A stretch of 64,000 nucleotides of DNA from Octopus vulgaris (GCA_951406725.2 OX597820.1:120280001-120344000), one strand, 5' to 3'. Positions 27,287 to 42,414 are shown, numbered from the stretch's first letter. The notes: a model not told the origin generated them from the sequence alone. Made by a program: numbers and translations.

Positions 27287-30200
27287 CGATATTGTATCCC
27301 CGTGGTATTATTTTTAGAGATTTAGGGCTTTCAAGAACGTCTCCAACCCTTTTAGTGCCACGCTCTATAAGCCATGCTTTTGTTGGAAGGAAGAGATCGG
27401 TCACAATATGGAATATTCAGTATGGCTTAACCAGTTTATCTTCAGTAGTGTGGTTTTCTAACCAACGCAGTTGTTATTCTTTCACGAGGTAAACATATAA
27501 GAATGATTTTATGGAGTAAGAGCTACACAGTTGAAAAGGAACATAATATGTTTTTGTGCTGAAATTTATTAAGTATTAAAAAGTATTAGTTATGGATTTA
27601 GTTATGGATTTTGAGAAAAAAATCAGCAATGTATTTCGCAGAAACTTCATCGAATTGGATAAGAGCTGATGACTTTCTTTCCATATATTTATTCGGCGGA
27701 TAATATGCCTCAGTGAATTTTTATGTCTCCTATGTACCCAAACTTAATAGACATTTGGCAAATGTATAAATCTTACTTAGTGACAAGAATAAGTTTTAAT
27801 GCACGAAGTACAATGAATCTCTCGGCGGTATCTAAGCGGATTTGGGGCCGTGTCTTTATTGAAGACTTAAATAACATTGTTGCCTGCGCATTTGCCCAAT
27901 ATACTTGTAATCTTGACATTTGAAGCGAATTAATGAGATGTGTGTCTAGGTCAGGTTGACGAAAACAGACAGCAGAACATATGGAGAGCAAAGAAACCAC
28001 AGCAAAAGCAAATATAAATAACGAATAACAATGAGGAATATATCAGTTCTTTTAATATTGTTTCCTGATAAATCAATATTTCCTATTGCTGTTGATTCTG
28101 ATATTTATTTATTTATTTTAGCAGCACTGTGTGATATTCTTTTAAGTGAAATATCGTTTTACAATATTGACTGTGATTTTTCAAAGAGACAGACTCTAAA
28201 CTTTATGACCTCATAAATTGATAAACAATAATCCGTTCTTTTTTTTTCTTTGTTTCCTCATGAAATGTAAACATAAAATAAATGTTAAAAAAAATCCCAC
28301 ACAATATTTCCACAAACCATCACCACTAATCTTTTTACTTGTACTGCTCTCAAAACTATTGTTACTGCTTCTGTCGTTGTTCCAAGTACGGATAATAATG
28401 ATTTTTAGACTTTGTGCATATTGTCACAATATGTAGGGGAGGAAAGATTCGATTATATTGATATAATTCTACAATGGTAAAATTTGTATCGACATCGTAA
28501 TTTTCAATGCCAACGTTGACTTCGTATAGATTTAAAATTAGGTAGATGCACAAAATTTCTCTCTATGTGGCTACAAAATAACAACGGCATAAATAGTGAA
28601 TACATAGAATCTGCCAGCGAACACTGCTCAGAGTAATAAGTAAATAAGAAAAATGTGAAAATACAAACATGTAATTAAGTAAAGCAACTCTTCCTAAGTA
28701 GACAAAGCCAAAGCAATAGAAAATTTTGAATAAACTTCATGATGATAGGGAAAAATCAAAACAGATGTCTTAAATAAAATTTAAATTTAATACTGAAACT
28801 AAAACGCACTGTCGTAATTATTCTACACGGAGTAAACGTGTCAGCAAAAATCCGACATCAGCTTAAATTTTACGGACAAAATTGTTTAATTAGCGTTGGA
28901 AGATAGCTCCCCCGCGATATATTTTGAAAGCCTTGACGCGAAAAATACAGATGATTTGTTACAAATGAGTTACAAATCCGGGGTAAAACAAAGATCTCAC
29001 TACAGTTATTAGAACAACGATGAACAAATTTCAGCTTCTTTCAATCTGAAAAAAGATGTTGAGATCGGGTGAAGTAAAATGAAGTTGCATAAATGAATTA
29101 ATTAAAATATTTCGGAATGAAAACCTAAATTGTGGCTGAAGGACTGAAACCTCAAACAATAAACGCTATCATTACATATCTCTTCTGAAATACTCGTCTG
29201 CTGGTAATTTCGAGTCTTCGCATTTTAATCTGAACCTGTTAAGGTCTACCCGTAAATATTTCGAGAACTTTCAAACGTAGTCCCCAGGATGAAACTCCTC
29301 CAGTAAACACAGAACAGTGCTTCACAGATGATACAAACCCTATTATCAACGAACACTTCTCTCTGCATTGCTAATTTGGAAATGCCATCATCCACATTGC
29401 ACAGCTAGGGGTGGAAGCCCGATGAACCAAAATGCCGGATCCCCATTTTGGGATTCTTGGTTTTTATGAAGGGACGACCGTTCGATTACATACTCTATAA
29501 AAGGGCATGATGTTTGCATACAATCGTGAAACCTCAGCAACTGACGCAGACAGCGAGCAATTACAGCATGATATGGTTTACAGTTGCACTATGGAAGCTA
29601 AAACTGTTCATTTGTATTTGAATAACTTTGTGAATTTTATTGCAAACTTTTGAAATGTAAATTACACTTATTACATTCTCTCGTAATAAAACATTTCGAC
29701 CAGGAATTGAGGGGGGACTCCATTATTATTTGTGCCCCAGACACCCCATCACATTTAACAGCGTATATCATTAAAGTGGTATATGTGTACGTGAGTATAT
29801 GAATGGGGTATTCGTCGATACACACACATACACGCTCACACATACCCACACGCACTCTCTCTCTCACACACACACACACACATATATATGCTTATACATG
29901 TGTATAATCATATATACATACACGCACATGCATGCACACATAACCCCCCCTCCCACATATATATGCTTATACATGTGTGTGTGAGTTTGTATACATAAAT
30001 AAGATGCAAAGTAATTTTCATGGAAACGTCTAGAAATATAGAAAAACGAAGTTGAAAATGGACTGGGTGACTTTTAGATGCTGAGAAAAATCTGAGAAAG
30101 CGGTTAAGCTTTGAAAAATAAACCATCTTAGCTATACAAAATACATATGTGTGTGCGTGATGCGTGTATATTGTGTGTCTGTATTTTCATATTTCAGTTA

Positions 30201-30454
30201 GGCGAAGCGATAGTAATAACCTGGAGTTAGAAATTATTATGCACGTGCTTCATTAAAAAAGCGTCAGTGGAGGGCAGATCTTAATAAGAAATTATTTGAA
30301 TGGCAAGGAAACATAAAATAATGTGAGGAAATTCATTGTCTTAAAGCTGATTCTGCAATAAGGTTCAACGCAGACATAGCTGTGTGCTTATGTTTCACCC
30401 TAGAGCTTCATCGGAACTTTAAAAATGAAGTGCAGTTGCATTTGGGAAAGCATA

Positions 30455-31526
<1,072 letters not shown>

Positions 31527-31758
31527 TACGAAAGAAGGTTTGAAAATGCAATTTAAAAGATGTTTATTTACTTTACCGGTTTCACTCTTTGGAAAAAGAA
31601 TGTCAAAAGTAACATGTAGAAGTTTGGTTGCGTTAATTATTGGTTGTTATACGTATACATATATATATATTTATATATGTATACATATAGATATACACAT
31701 ATATTAATATATATGCATATATAAATTTATGTATGTATATATATACACACATATATGT

Positions 31759-31815
<57 letters not shown>

Positions 31816-31983
31816 AATTGAGATGGGGTTGTAAATGCAACCCACCATGGGATACCATATATCCAATATACTGCTAGTGAGGTACCCAACAAAGTTAATA
31901 CATAAATTTTAACAATTGCGATACAATTAATTCATTTATTGTATTATATGGGCAAAGGTAAAATGCTTTACCACAAATTCATA

Positions 31984-32395
31984 ATACAAAATAAGAAAAT
32001 GGAGAAATACATCGAGATCAAATATCAATTTCCAGATAGTACTCAATCACATACTTTATTATACCACTACATAAGAAACTATAAGGTTAAACATAATAAT
32101 GCAGAGTAAAGCAGTGTACATGAAGGAGTGTACATAAAATAGTAATGTTATACAATAAGTAGAATACGTATAATAGAACATATGTGTACTTATATTTATG
32201 TTCTATTATACGTATTCTACTTATTGTATGACATTACTCTTTTATGTACACTCCTTCATGTACACTGCTTTACCCTGCATTATTATGTTTAACCTTATAG
32301 TTTCTTATGTAGTGGTATAATAAAGTATGTGATTGAGTACTATCTGGAAATTGATATTTGATTTCGATGTATTTCTCCATTTTCTTATTTTGTAT
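31984..32395. repeat. Long palindrome (199-bp arms, 14-nt spacer) next to (TA)n/(TAGA)n
   Basis: 31984-32182 is the reverse complement of 32197-32395, with 4 mismatches by my count. Confidence 0.9.
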
Positions 32396-32401
32396 ATATA
32401 T

Positions 32402-32476
<75 letters not shown>

Positions 32477-35047
32477 TAAATATAGATATATAGATATATA
32501 ACGCGTGCATTCACTTATTTTCATTGAAAGTCTGATGCTGAATCTGCGTGTGAAACTTCGCTTTAACTAATCTGGTGTTGAAATATGTCGTTATGTATAT
32601 CACGTAGGAATGAGTCTCGAATTACCCGATTGCACTTCTCTATAGTACATATGAACCAATGAATCACATGGACCTTAGTACTGGGATTAACTCGCCGTCG
32701 ACGAAGGCCCACCTACTATCTGAACTGACTGGCCGGTTGGATGGATACGGTATTCTGTTTTAGGTCTAGCGAGTTGGTTTGGAATGACTAGCACGAGAAG
32801 AACATGCCGCTGGCGAGAGTTGATTGGTTGCCGTGTTGATTAGTAGTAGAGGGACTATTTGTTTTGATTGGAGCTGGACAGAAAGTGTATTTTGTTGGTT
32901 CATTACTTGTTGAGTTGTGTGAGTTATTGCTTTCTAAAGTAAATCAACTTATCTTGATCTTTATCTCGTGAAAGTCGTATTGATTCTGAATATATATCAG
33001 GATGGTGGCTGTTGATGTAACCACGGCAACGCTGTTAGGTTTTGTCATGGTGATTTTGGTATGCATGCAGTAATGCTGTTGCTGCTTCTATTTTCGGTGG
33101 TTTTCTATTTATTGCTAGCTTGTATTGGAATAGAGGTGGGTTTGCTACGATTTGCATAATCGTGAATATATTAATGAACGTTGCCACGGTTACTGCAGCG
33201 TCATTGGTGCTGGGGGTATAATATTCATTGCATTACAATTGTTGTTTGAATTGATGAGGATTTTGTTGGCCTTGTTGTTGTCAAAGCGATCTCAATAATC
33301 ATCAAACTTATGTTGTTTGTTCTTATTAAAATATAATTTTTTTGATGATGTGTGACAAATCTCCGAGTGTAGAAATAGTCCAACTTAAAATTGAAATATA
33401 GTGAAGAAGTCTCGCATTCAAAAACTGAAACAACGTACATACATAGAGGCAGAAAGAGCAAAAATACTGAAGTCAAGCCAGAAGTTCTATATTTTAGGAA
33501 AACAGATTTATTGGTGTTTTCAAACCAATAATCGTTATTTTCGTCTATCCTTTGAAGTCGTTCCTTGAGCTATGTCGGTAAGTTTAACAGGTGCTGTAAA
33601 ACTAAGTAGCTATCAGAATCATACTCGCAAGTTTCGGATATGTACTTAACTGACACGCAATATAATTTGCAGGGAGCGGAACATTGTCAGTGACCAGGTC
33701 TCAGTTAGTGCGGCGAAAATGTTGACACCAAATTATAAGGAGTTCTTGTCTGCTTTTTTCTGTCTTCCACACTGTCATACGGATAAATATTTATCAGCAT
33801 ATAAGCTACAAACATTCAACGTCTATGGTTGAGAAAAAGAAACGATTAGATGTTTTCTTACATTGCATATTTTCACACTGATAGATATACGTATATACAT
33901 ATACTGATACACGCGTAAATATAAATATATACAGCTATTTGTATTGCCATTGACACACTCCGGTCTCCTTCACGCAGGCAGAAGAAGCGTGCACACAAAT
34001 AAAGACATTTTGCAAAATTCTTATTTTATTTTATCCATTTTTTCTGCGTTGTGGAAGGTAAAACACGGTAGGACACACTCAGTTTTGAATTTTTTTCTTG
34101 GGGCTTTTTCAGTGGGGTTCTTTTAAGGACAGGAATATAATTCTAGAATAAATGAGGATAGGGTTTATGGTTAGGATGTGTCTTAGTTTCAGTGTTTATG
34201 GATTCTGCAGCAAAGATAAATTTTGGAGTAGAAGTTTTGAGTATATGGTTTGGAATTTAAGGTTAGACTTTCGGATTAGATTTTGTGTTTGGCATTTCAT
34301 AGCGAGAATATCTTCTGCCTATTAGTTTCTTTAATTTCTTTCTGAATTGCAGTCTACTTCGTAAAAGAGAAATCTTAGAACCTGTCTAACAATCGAAGTA
34401 GAGGTGCATTAATTTTTCTGCCACTCTCAAAACATTTATCCTGATCTTTAATTTAAGTCTCTTATGTCGTGATATTAACGGCAAATCTTTGTTCTGCGAG
34501 TTAAAGCCCGGCAACGCCGGGTTTTTCCGTTTGCATTAATAAAGAAAATAATTGCTATAAATCTGCCAGAATATCAGATATCTTACTGCAAGTAGATAGT
34601 CGATAACATCGTCTCCATTATGTGAATGATAGTTTCGTTTCTCAGCTACGAGAGAATGAAAAGCAATATTGACCTCTGCTGTATTCCTAGACAAGTTGCA
34701 AAGAGTGGGAAATTCGCAAAATGTTTCTTATTTGACATAAGGCCACCAGTTTTAGGAACATAATTTACATCGTTACATTAACCCCACTGGTTAAATTGTA
34801 CCAATTTTACTGTCTCCAAACCGACGAAGAAATTAGAATGCACAACGTTAAGGATTTTTCCAGCACGCCGCATTTATCTAGCGGGATGTCTAAGGTGTTG
34901 TATACTGAAATATTAGCATCATAGACATTTGTTGGTGGAACCTGAAAGAAAACAAAAAATGATACTGGTATATGAAAAATACAGATAAGCTCAACTTTGT
35001 TAATTTCTCTCTCATGCACCAACATTCTAGACTCCCCCTCTCTCTTT

Positions 35048-35147
<100 letters not shown>

Positions 35148-35343
35148 GGTTTGCATGATTGTGTATAGAGGGATATATATTATTCAAAGGAATATATATA
35201 TATTACGGAGATGTACTCGCATAGCAAGTGATTTGATCGGAGATCGTGTGTTGGAACGAAAACAATTGCAGCGTGGAAGGTGTTTGTAAGCCATTTAAGA
35301 AACACACAAAAGCCGTTCGATTCACTTCAACATTTAAGTTTAA

Positions 35344-35393
35344 TTTGTCAAAATATTTTCGTCGCTAAAATCCGCGACCTGTTCACTGACAAA
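35344..35393 (-). ncRNA. Putative minimal type I hammerhead ribozyme with G3:C8 core swap, in a PLE-like terminal fragment (about 35200-35403)
   Basis: Minus strand reads TTTGTCA GTGAACA G GTCGC ggatttta GCGAC GAA AATATT T TGACAAA: 7-bp helix I, 5-bp helix II, palindromic helix III. Confidence 0.6.
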
Positions 35394-35936
35394 AATCCGC
35401 GTGTATATATATATACTATTCAAAGGAATTCCAACTCTCTCTGTTTTTATGTTTTATTTATTTTATATCTATATTCTTTATGATATTATTGTAGAATATA
35501 GAATATATATACTATTTATACTATATATTCTATATTCTACATTAATATTGAAAAGAATATAAATAAAAAATAAATAAAGCATAAAAAGCAGAGAGAGTTG
35601 GAATTTCTTTGAATAATATATATATATATATACACAGGGCTTAAGTAATCAATTATAATCCACCACAGTAATCAGTCCCATTTGAGGTAATCAGTCCCAT
35701 TGTATTTAATCCGTTGTATATATCCTGGATTCGATTCACTTGTCTATAAACATTTTACCAATTAAAATGAATGCAGGGATTGATATTACACCATACTTTT
35801 GATTTTTGCAGTCATTTATGGAGCATGTTGAATTTAAATGTGTCTGACGTACGTTTTTGTTGCATATACATCTCACAATTACGTTTGCACCAAGTTCCAT
35901 TCATCTCGTCAGGTTAGTAGCCTCTGCAGCTCAATT

Positions 35937-35970
<34 letters not shown>

Positions 35971-35971
<1 letters not shown>

Positions 35972-36273
35972 TAGCATTATCGCCCGGCGTTGCTCGGGCT
36001 TGTAAGGGAAATAACTATATAAGCATTTTTAGAGAGTTACTTCCCGTATATAAACCGAGCAAAAAATGCATTAAAAGTGGGAAAAAATTATGGTAAATTT
36101 TTTTTAATCGTAGACTCATCGTAGACACGTGCTAATACCCAGAAGGGCTCGATATGAATTACGACTATAAGATACCCGCTTTTGGTTAAACTGCACCGCA
36201 AAATGTGAGAGTAGTTAGGAATCTAAATCGGAGGAGACAGACTCTCACACAACTTCATTTTTATATATAAAGA
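35971..36273 (-). mobile_element. Non-autonomous Helitron
   Basis: TC...hairpin-CTAG termini at an A/T site; similar to the 37803 and 38435 copies. Confidence 0.85.
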
Positions 36274-36866
36274 TGTGCGTGTGTGTGTTAGAATAGAAAC
36301 ATTACCATTTCTAAATCTCTCAAAGCGAGATTTTCAGTGACAGTCATTTAAAATAAATGTAATTTGCCAACATAAGTTTGCAATCCTTGAAGGGACTATT
36401 ACTGTTATTTAGCCCCAGGAAACGTCCTGTCCACATGGCTATACGAATCGATATCTGTCTCTTTATATTTTCGAACTGGAGTTCAACACTCATTCAGGTC
36501 AAAACAACATCAGTGGGACGGTTCCTGGGTTATTGCCCTTTATCAACACAGAGTAGCATCTTGGTTAGGTTCGCTTTGCTGAATTCACTGTTCGAATACA
36601 CAGTTTTCAAAGTGACACACAATTACTGATCTAATAAAATAGAAATTTTATTATTTCTAAATCTATCAAAGAGAGGTATTCAGTAGCAGTTCTTTAAAGT
36701 AAAGGCTATTTACCATCGTTTCTTAGGAAAGACCATGGAGAAGTTGGAAACATCAGACCGTGGTTGGTAGGGAGATCGTACTGAAACCTTACTCCAGCAG
36801 TGAACCAAACATGCACAAGGATGATGTATGTATGTACATACGTATGTCGTGTAACACGTCAGGCAT

Positions 36867-36903
<37 letters not shown>

Positions 36904-36989
36904 TAATAATAATAATAATTATTATTATTATTATTGTTGTTGTTATTATTATTATTATTGTTGTTGTTGTTATTGTTATTATTATTAAT

Positions 36990-37071
<82 letters not shown>

Positions 37072-37073
<2 letters not shown>

Positions 37074-37469
37074 CCAGTTCATCATGTCCCTTAGTAGCTG
37101 ACGATATGTGCATCTCTGATCATGTGCAAAAGGACTGGAAGAGCCTCATAGTCATGTGTTCAGAGGAAGTGTGTGGGGTTTGAATAATTCACCTCTGGGA
37201 ACATGGGTGTTTCGTTCAGCATCTTTAAACAACCCCTATTCGGAGACCTTTTGAGCAGGGTAGGCTACGCGACCTGAAGAAAATTCTGAGCCCCACCTGT
37301 AAGGTCATGCGTTGTTTATCTTGATATGAGATCACCATGTGGCGCACATCTGGTTGTGATGCATGCATCTGGTGTACCCTTATGAGACGGACAGTCATGA
37401 TAGGTATAATGATCTTGGGTATATTAGCACCCCAGTGTCACTTTGATGGCGTGCATTGCTCTCTCACTC
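37072..37469 (+). mobile_element. Repeat family D, 5'-truncated, immediately after (AAT)n
   Basis: Aligns with about 8371-8770. Confidence 0.8.
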
Positions 37470-37802
37470 AATAATATTGTTGCCTGATGAAAAATTAAAA
37501 TTTACAATTTACGCGCTTGACATGGAACGCGAAAAAAATATGAATTTAAAGAATTTCTTGAGGTGAAATAGTGGCGACCAGTATTTTGAAAAATATAACT
37601 GGAGAAGCGATATGAACTCTGAAACGAAAAAGCGTTTCACCGTATTCTTTGCGCATGATACAAATGATTTGCTTCGAAAAAGCTATATGAAAATAATCGA
37701 AATCTCACTGCTATACAAATTATAAATTCACAATGTAAGCGGATAAATCGCCAGTAAGAATTTTTTGGCAATGATGAAAATAGATTCTCAGTTTATTATT
37801 AA

Positions 37803-38058
37803 CTAGCAGTATCGCCCGGCGTTGCTCGGGTTTGTAAGGGAAATAACTATAAAGCATTTTTAGAGAGTTATAGCCAGAAGATAGCAAAAAAATGCATTAA
37901 AAATGGAAATAAAATGATGGTAAATTTTTTTTTTAAATCGTTGACTCATCGTAGACATTCTTAGAGAGTTTTGGTTAAACTGCACCGCAAAATGTGGGAG
38001 TAGTTAGGAATCTAAATCGTAGGAGACAGACACACAACCTTTCTTTTATATATAAAGA
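37803..38058 (-). mobile_element. Non-autonomous Helitron (internally deleted)
   Basis: ctagcagtatcgcccggcgttgctcggg end and tatatataaaga end; A/T target site. Confidence 0.85.
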
Positions 38059-38434
38059 TTTTAGAGAAATATCATATTGTATTAAATCAGTTGTTTTTGA
38101 TGAATGTTCATGCAAACGCTTCGATTCCACATGATTGGTTGTCAGAGTGGAAATACTAGAAATACTTGGAATATTGACAATGGAGTTTGAAGAGTTTGCA
38201 GCGATTGAGTCATCACTGCCTTCTTAATATTCGTAGCTATAAGCATCACTTTTTTAGTTCGTATTCTGTTATGTAAAGTCATAGCAACAACTTCATCTCT
38301 CGCCGTTGTCGCTGACGAATATAGTTATAGCATTCTGGGTACAAGTGAACTTTTTTATGCTGTTAGCTATGATAACGGGTTTTTTCCCGTGATATATTAA
38401 TAACTTTCAATTGTCCAACCTTTTAACTTTGTCA

Positions 38435-38834
38435 TCTTTATATATAAAAGTAAGGCTGTGTGTCTGTCTCCTACAATTTAGATCCCTAACTACTCCCACA
38501 TTTTGCGGTGCAGTTTAACCAAAACCGAGTATCTTATAGTCGTGATTCATATCGAGCCCTTCTGGGTATTAGCGCGCGTCTACGATGAGTCTACGATTTA
38601 AAAAATAATTTACCATCATTTTTTTCCATTTTAATGCATTTTTTCGCTATTATATAAGGGAAGTAACTCTCTAAAATGTCTACGATGAGTCAACGATTTA
38701 AAAAATATTTACCATCATTTTTTTTCCATTTTTAATGCAATTTTTTTTTTTGCTATTTTTTGGCTATAACTTTCTAAAAATGCTTTATAGTTATTTCCCT
38801 TACAAACCCGAGCAACGCCGGGCGATACTGCTAG
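38435..38834 (+). mobile_element. Non-autonomous Helitron with an internal duplication
   Basis: a|TCtttatatataaaag...cccgagcaacgccgggcgatactgCTAG|t; the block gtctacgatgagtc..tttaccatcattttt occurs twice. Confidence 0.88.
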
Positions 38835-38852
38835 TTTGGAATAAATATTAAA

Positions 38853-39232
38853 CGCAGGATGACTGTGTGGATAAGCGCACATGTGGCCGTGTGGTAAGAA
38901 GTTTGTTTTTCAAGCACAGGATTTCGGATTAAGTCCTACTGAGTGGCACCTTGAGAAAGTGTCTTCTGTAGCCTCAGGCCGACCAGAGACTTATGAGCTC
39001 ATTTTGGTAGACAGCAACTGAAAGGAGCCTGTCATATATGTAGTTATAACTATATGTATGTCTTTGCGGCTGTGCTGATGCGTTCATGGCTCTGTAACAT
39101 TGCGGTTTGACAAAAAGAGACCGATGGAATGACTACTGGACTTTAAAAATGTCTGGGATTGATTATTTCCACTGAAAGTCTTCAAAGCAGTGCCCCAGCA
39201 TAGCCGCAGTCTAAAAACTAATACAAGTTAAA
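38853..39232 (+). mobile_element. Old degenerate SINE family A copy
   Basis: Recognisable head, body and gcagtgccccagcatagccgcagtc tail. Confidence 0.7.
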
Positions 39233-39790
39233 TATTACAGTTTAAAGTTACTGGCTGTTGCTCGGTTCATAATATTACATAGGAGGATAAAATGTGGTAT
39301 TAGATTATCAATGGTAACTCATACATTAAGTGTACGTTGGTCAATCCTAGTCGATGTGGAATAATGACGTTTGCATGTATAATATACACTGGGACACCGA
39401 GATATGATCAACATATCCGGGACATAGATTATAATATGAATCTAACAGATTGCGCTGAGACATATATATTGCGTTGTTATTTAGGATAAGATACAACTAC
39501 ATGGGAATATGTTTTTCAATTTCCTCTCACAAGTGTGTTCTTGCAAGAATGTTTCAAGAATATGTTGGCAGATTGTGTCAGTATAAGTGAAAACTGAGCC
39601 ATTGCGATAATGGATGCGAGTAGTATGTGTTTGAAAATACTATATGTAGAGATCATGTAAGCGTCAAGACACGTAGGATTTGAAGCAAAGTAGATTCACA
39701 TTTTGAAGATTATATTTTTAACTTTTACCAATTTTTACCTATTTGTGTAAGTGTCATTCAGCTTAACAACTAAATGTTAATAAACACATA

Positions 39791-40175
39791 GTGGAGGCGC
39801 AATGGCCCAGTGGTTAGGGCAGTGGACTAGCGGTCGTAGGATCGCGGTTTCGATTCCCAGAACGGGCGTTGTGAGTGTTTATTGAGCGATAACACCTAAA
39901 AGCTCAACGAGGCTCCGGCAGGTGATGGTGGTGATCCCTGCTGTACTCTTTCACCACAACTTTCTCTCACTCTTACTTCCTGTTTCTTTTGTACCTGTAT
40001 TTCAAGGGGCCGGCTTTGTCACTCTCTGTGTCACGCTGAATATCCCCGAGAACTACGTTAAGGGTACACGTGTCTGTAGAGTGCTCAGCCACTTGCACGT
40101 TAATTTCACGAGCAGGCTGTTCCGTTGATTCTGATCAACCGGAACCCTCGTCGTCGTAACCGACGGAGTGCTTCC
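39791..40175 (+). mobile_element. SINE family B, full length
   Basis: 12-bp TSD aataaacacata (39779-39790 and 40176-40187); near-identical to the 5726 copy. Confidence 0.92.
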
Positions 40176-40602
40176 AATAAACACATAGCTTAATGCTCTG
40201 ACAAGTCTAGAAACTTACCAGGTAAAAGACTAGATTGGATTTTCTTTTTTCCATGCATTAAAGAGTACTAATAATGGTTTAGCATAGGTGGACAAGCACA
40301 ATATTTTTTAGCGGACTAATACAGCCGTTTTAAAAAATGACTCGAGTGTACGGCACGAAAAAAATCGATAACAGCGTGATTTCAATTAAGAACATGGAGG
40401 AAGAAAATAAATACTGTGAGGCATTCAATGCAACACTCTATCAATTTTGCTACTCGACTCTGTTCAATGTACGATTCATTATGCTGTGGCAACAAACGTA
40501 TTTCTGAGTCATTCTAATATTTTCAGCAAAATCAATTCCAGTCTTACACACGCAACCAATCTTGACGGTGGGATGAAAATGGAAAAAAAAAATATAGCTC
40601 GA

Positions 40603-40664
40603 TATCATCATCGTCATCATCATCATCATCGTCATCGTCATCATCATCATCATCATCGTCGTCG

Positions 40665-40696
<32 letters not shown>

Positions 40697-40978
40697 GTCA
40701 TCGTCGTCGTCATTGTCATCATCATCATCATCATCATCATCAGTTTCATCATCATCATCATCATTTTCATCATCATCATCGTCATCATTATCACCATCTT
40801 CATCATCACCATCATCATCATCGTCATCGTCGTCATCATCATCATCACCATCTTCATCACCATCATCATCATCGTCATCGTCGTCATCATTATCATCATC
40901 ATCATCATTATTACCAACATCGTCATCATCGTCATCATCGTCGTCGTTATACTACTAATACTACTACTACTACTAAAA

Positions 40979-41018
<40 letters not shown>

Positions 41019-41056
41019 CGCTGCCACTGCCATTATTATTATTATTATTATTGTTA

Positions 41057-41088
<32 letters not shown>

Positions 41089-41103
41089 GTTATTGTTATT
41101 ATT
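40603..41103. repeat. Compound (CAT/CGT)n-(TAC)n-(GCT)n-(ATT)n microsatellite
   Basis: Direct reading; accounts for the poly-His/Ser/Met ORFs. Confidence 0.92.
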
Positions 41104-41314
41104 AGCGTAGTTCTTGCTGTTTTTGGTTCTGCTATTATATGACGTGTCAATGTGTTTCCTACTTTAATTCTCACAAGTTGTATTCTTCCATCTGTGCCAA
41201 GTTCACTCAGTTAAGCAACAAAAAACGTTAATTCCTATTCACCATCTATTGACACCGCCGTAATTACAACAACATTATCCAAAAGAAAAGCAACAACTGC
41301 CTCTGCTGCTGCTG

Positions 41315-41356
<42 letters not shown>

Positions 41357-42057
41357 GAGAAATATCACATGCTCATTCGTAAAAAAAAACTAAACTTTGT
41401 GATTGAATGAGTTGGTAAGCCGCCATAAAATTCTTGCACTGAGCGATGAGACGCAAATGCATCTCCTACACTCATTGCTTCAATTCTTGCTTCTTTTATT
41501 TAGTGATTTCAAATCCATAGATTGGTTCCTATATAACGTACACACACACACACACACATATGTATGTATGTATCTATATATTTATGTATATGTATGGTTT
41601 ACTGAATAGACGCATGTTTTGTAGCTTTATATTTTGCATATCGTCTTATATATTTTGTATTTCGGAGTTGAGTTTCCAAAGTTCCTTATGCATTTGTAAA
41701 GTTAATTTGGAGGAACTGAGACCCTAAATCAATAACCAACATTTCTTGATCTTGAGAGACTCATTTGCAATAACTAAATATGAATATAGATGTCGCTTTT
41801 TATATATTTGTAGAACTGTTACACAATTTCCCACGAAATTTTCTCCTAAAGTTACCATTATATAAAAGCAATCATGTTTTAACTTGTTTCATGCGTTAAA
41901 AGTTTGACGGTCAGTTTATTAATGACATTTTCCTAGTAACAGCATGCGCGTGTGAATATTACATTTGAATGATTACATTTTCCATAATTAGTTTCTTATA
42001 TTCGTCTGGTATTATATAAACAATTTAAAACTGAACAACGAAATACTAAAACAAGTG

Positions 42058-42145
42058 AGCACAAGGATTTGGTCGACCTGAGGCTACAGTAGAAGACTAG
42101 GTCCCACGCAATGAGAATGAACCCGGAACCATGTGGTTGGTAAGA
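42058..42145 (-). mobile_element. SINE family A 5' fragment
   Basis: acccggaaccatgtggttggtaag motif. Confidence 0.6.
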
Positions 42146-42148
42146 ATA

Positions 42149-42201
<53 letters not shown>

Positions 42202-42212
42202 GTATGTATGTT

Positions 42213-42255
<43 letters not shown>

Positions 42256-42375
42256 TTATATATATATATATGTATGTATGTTTGTATACATATATATATA
42301 TATACGTATACATATACGTATATTTATACGTATATATATGATATATATATACGTATAGATATACTTATATGTATA

Positions 42376-42406
<31 letters not shown>

Positions 42407-42414
<8 letters not shown>

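Noticed and set aside
32576-32999. Possible solo LTR (TG...CA, GC-richer, AGTAAA signal)
   Set aside because: No TSD, weak terminal inverted repeat, and no second copy in the window.
34807-34960. Possible minus-strand exon (ttttctttcag|GTTCCACCAACA, VPPTNVYD...)
   Set aside because: Good acceptor, but no convincing donor, no partner exons, and the frame runs into a decayed SINE C head near 34870.
40447-41142. 231-aa His-rich ORF
   Set aside because: Open in several frames on both strands because it is a compound trinucleotide microsatellite; no splice or domain evidence.
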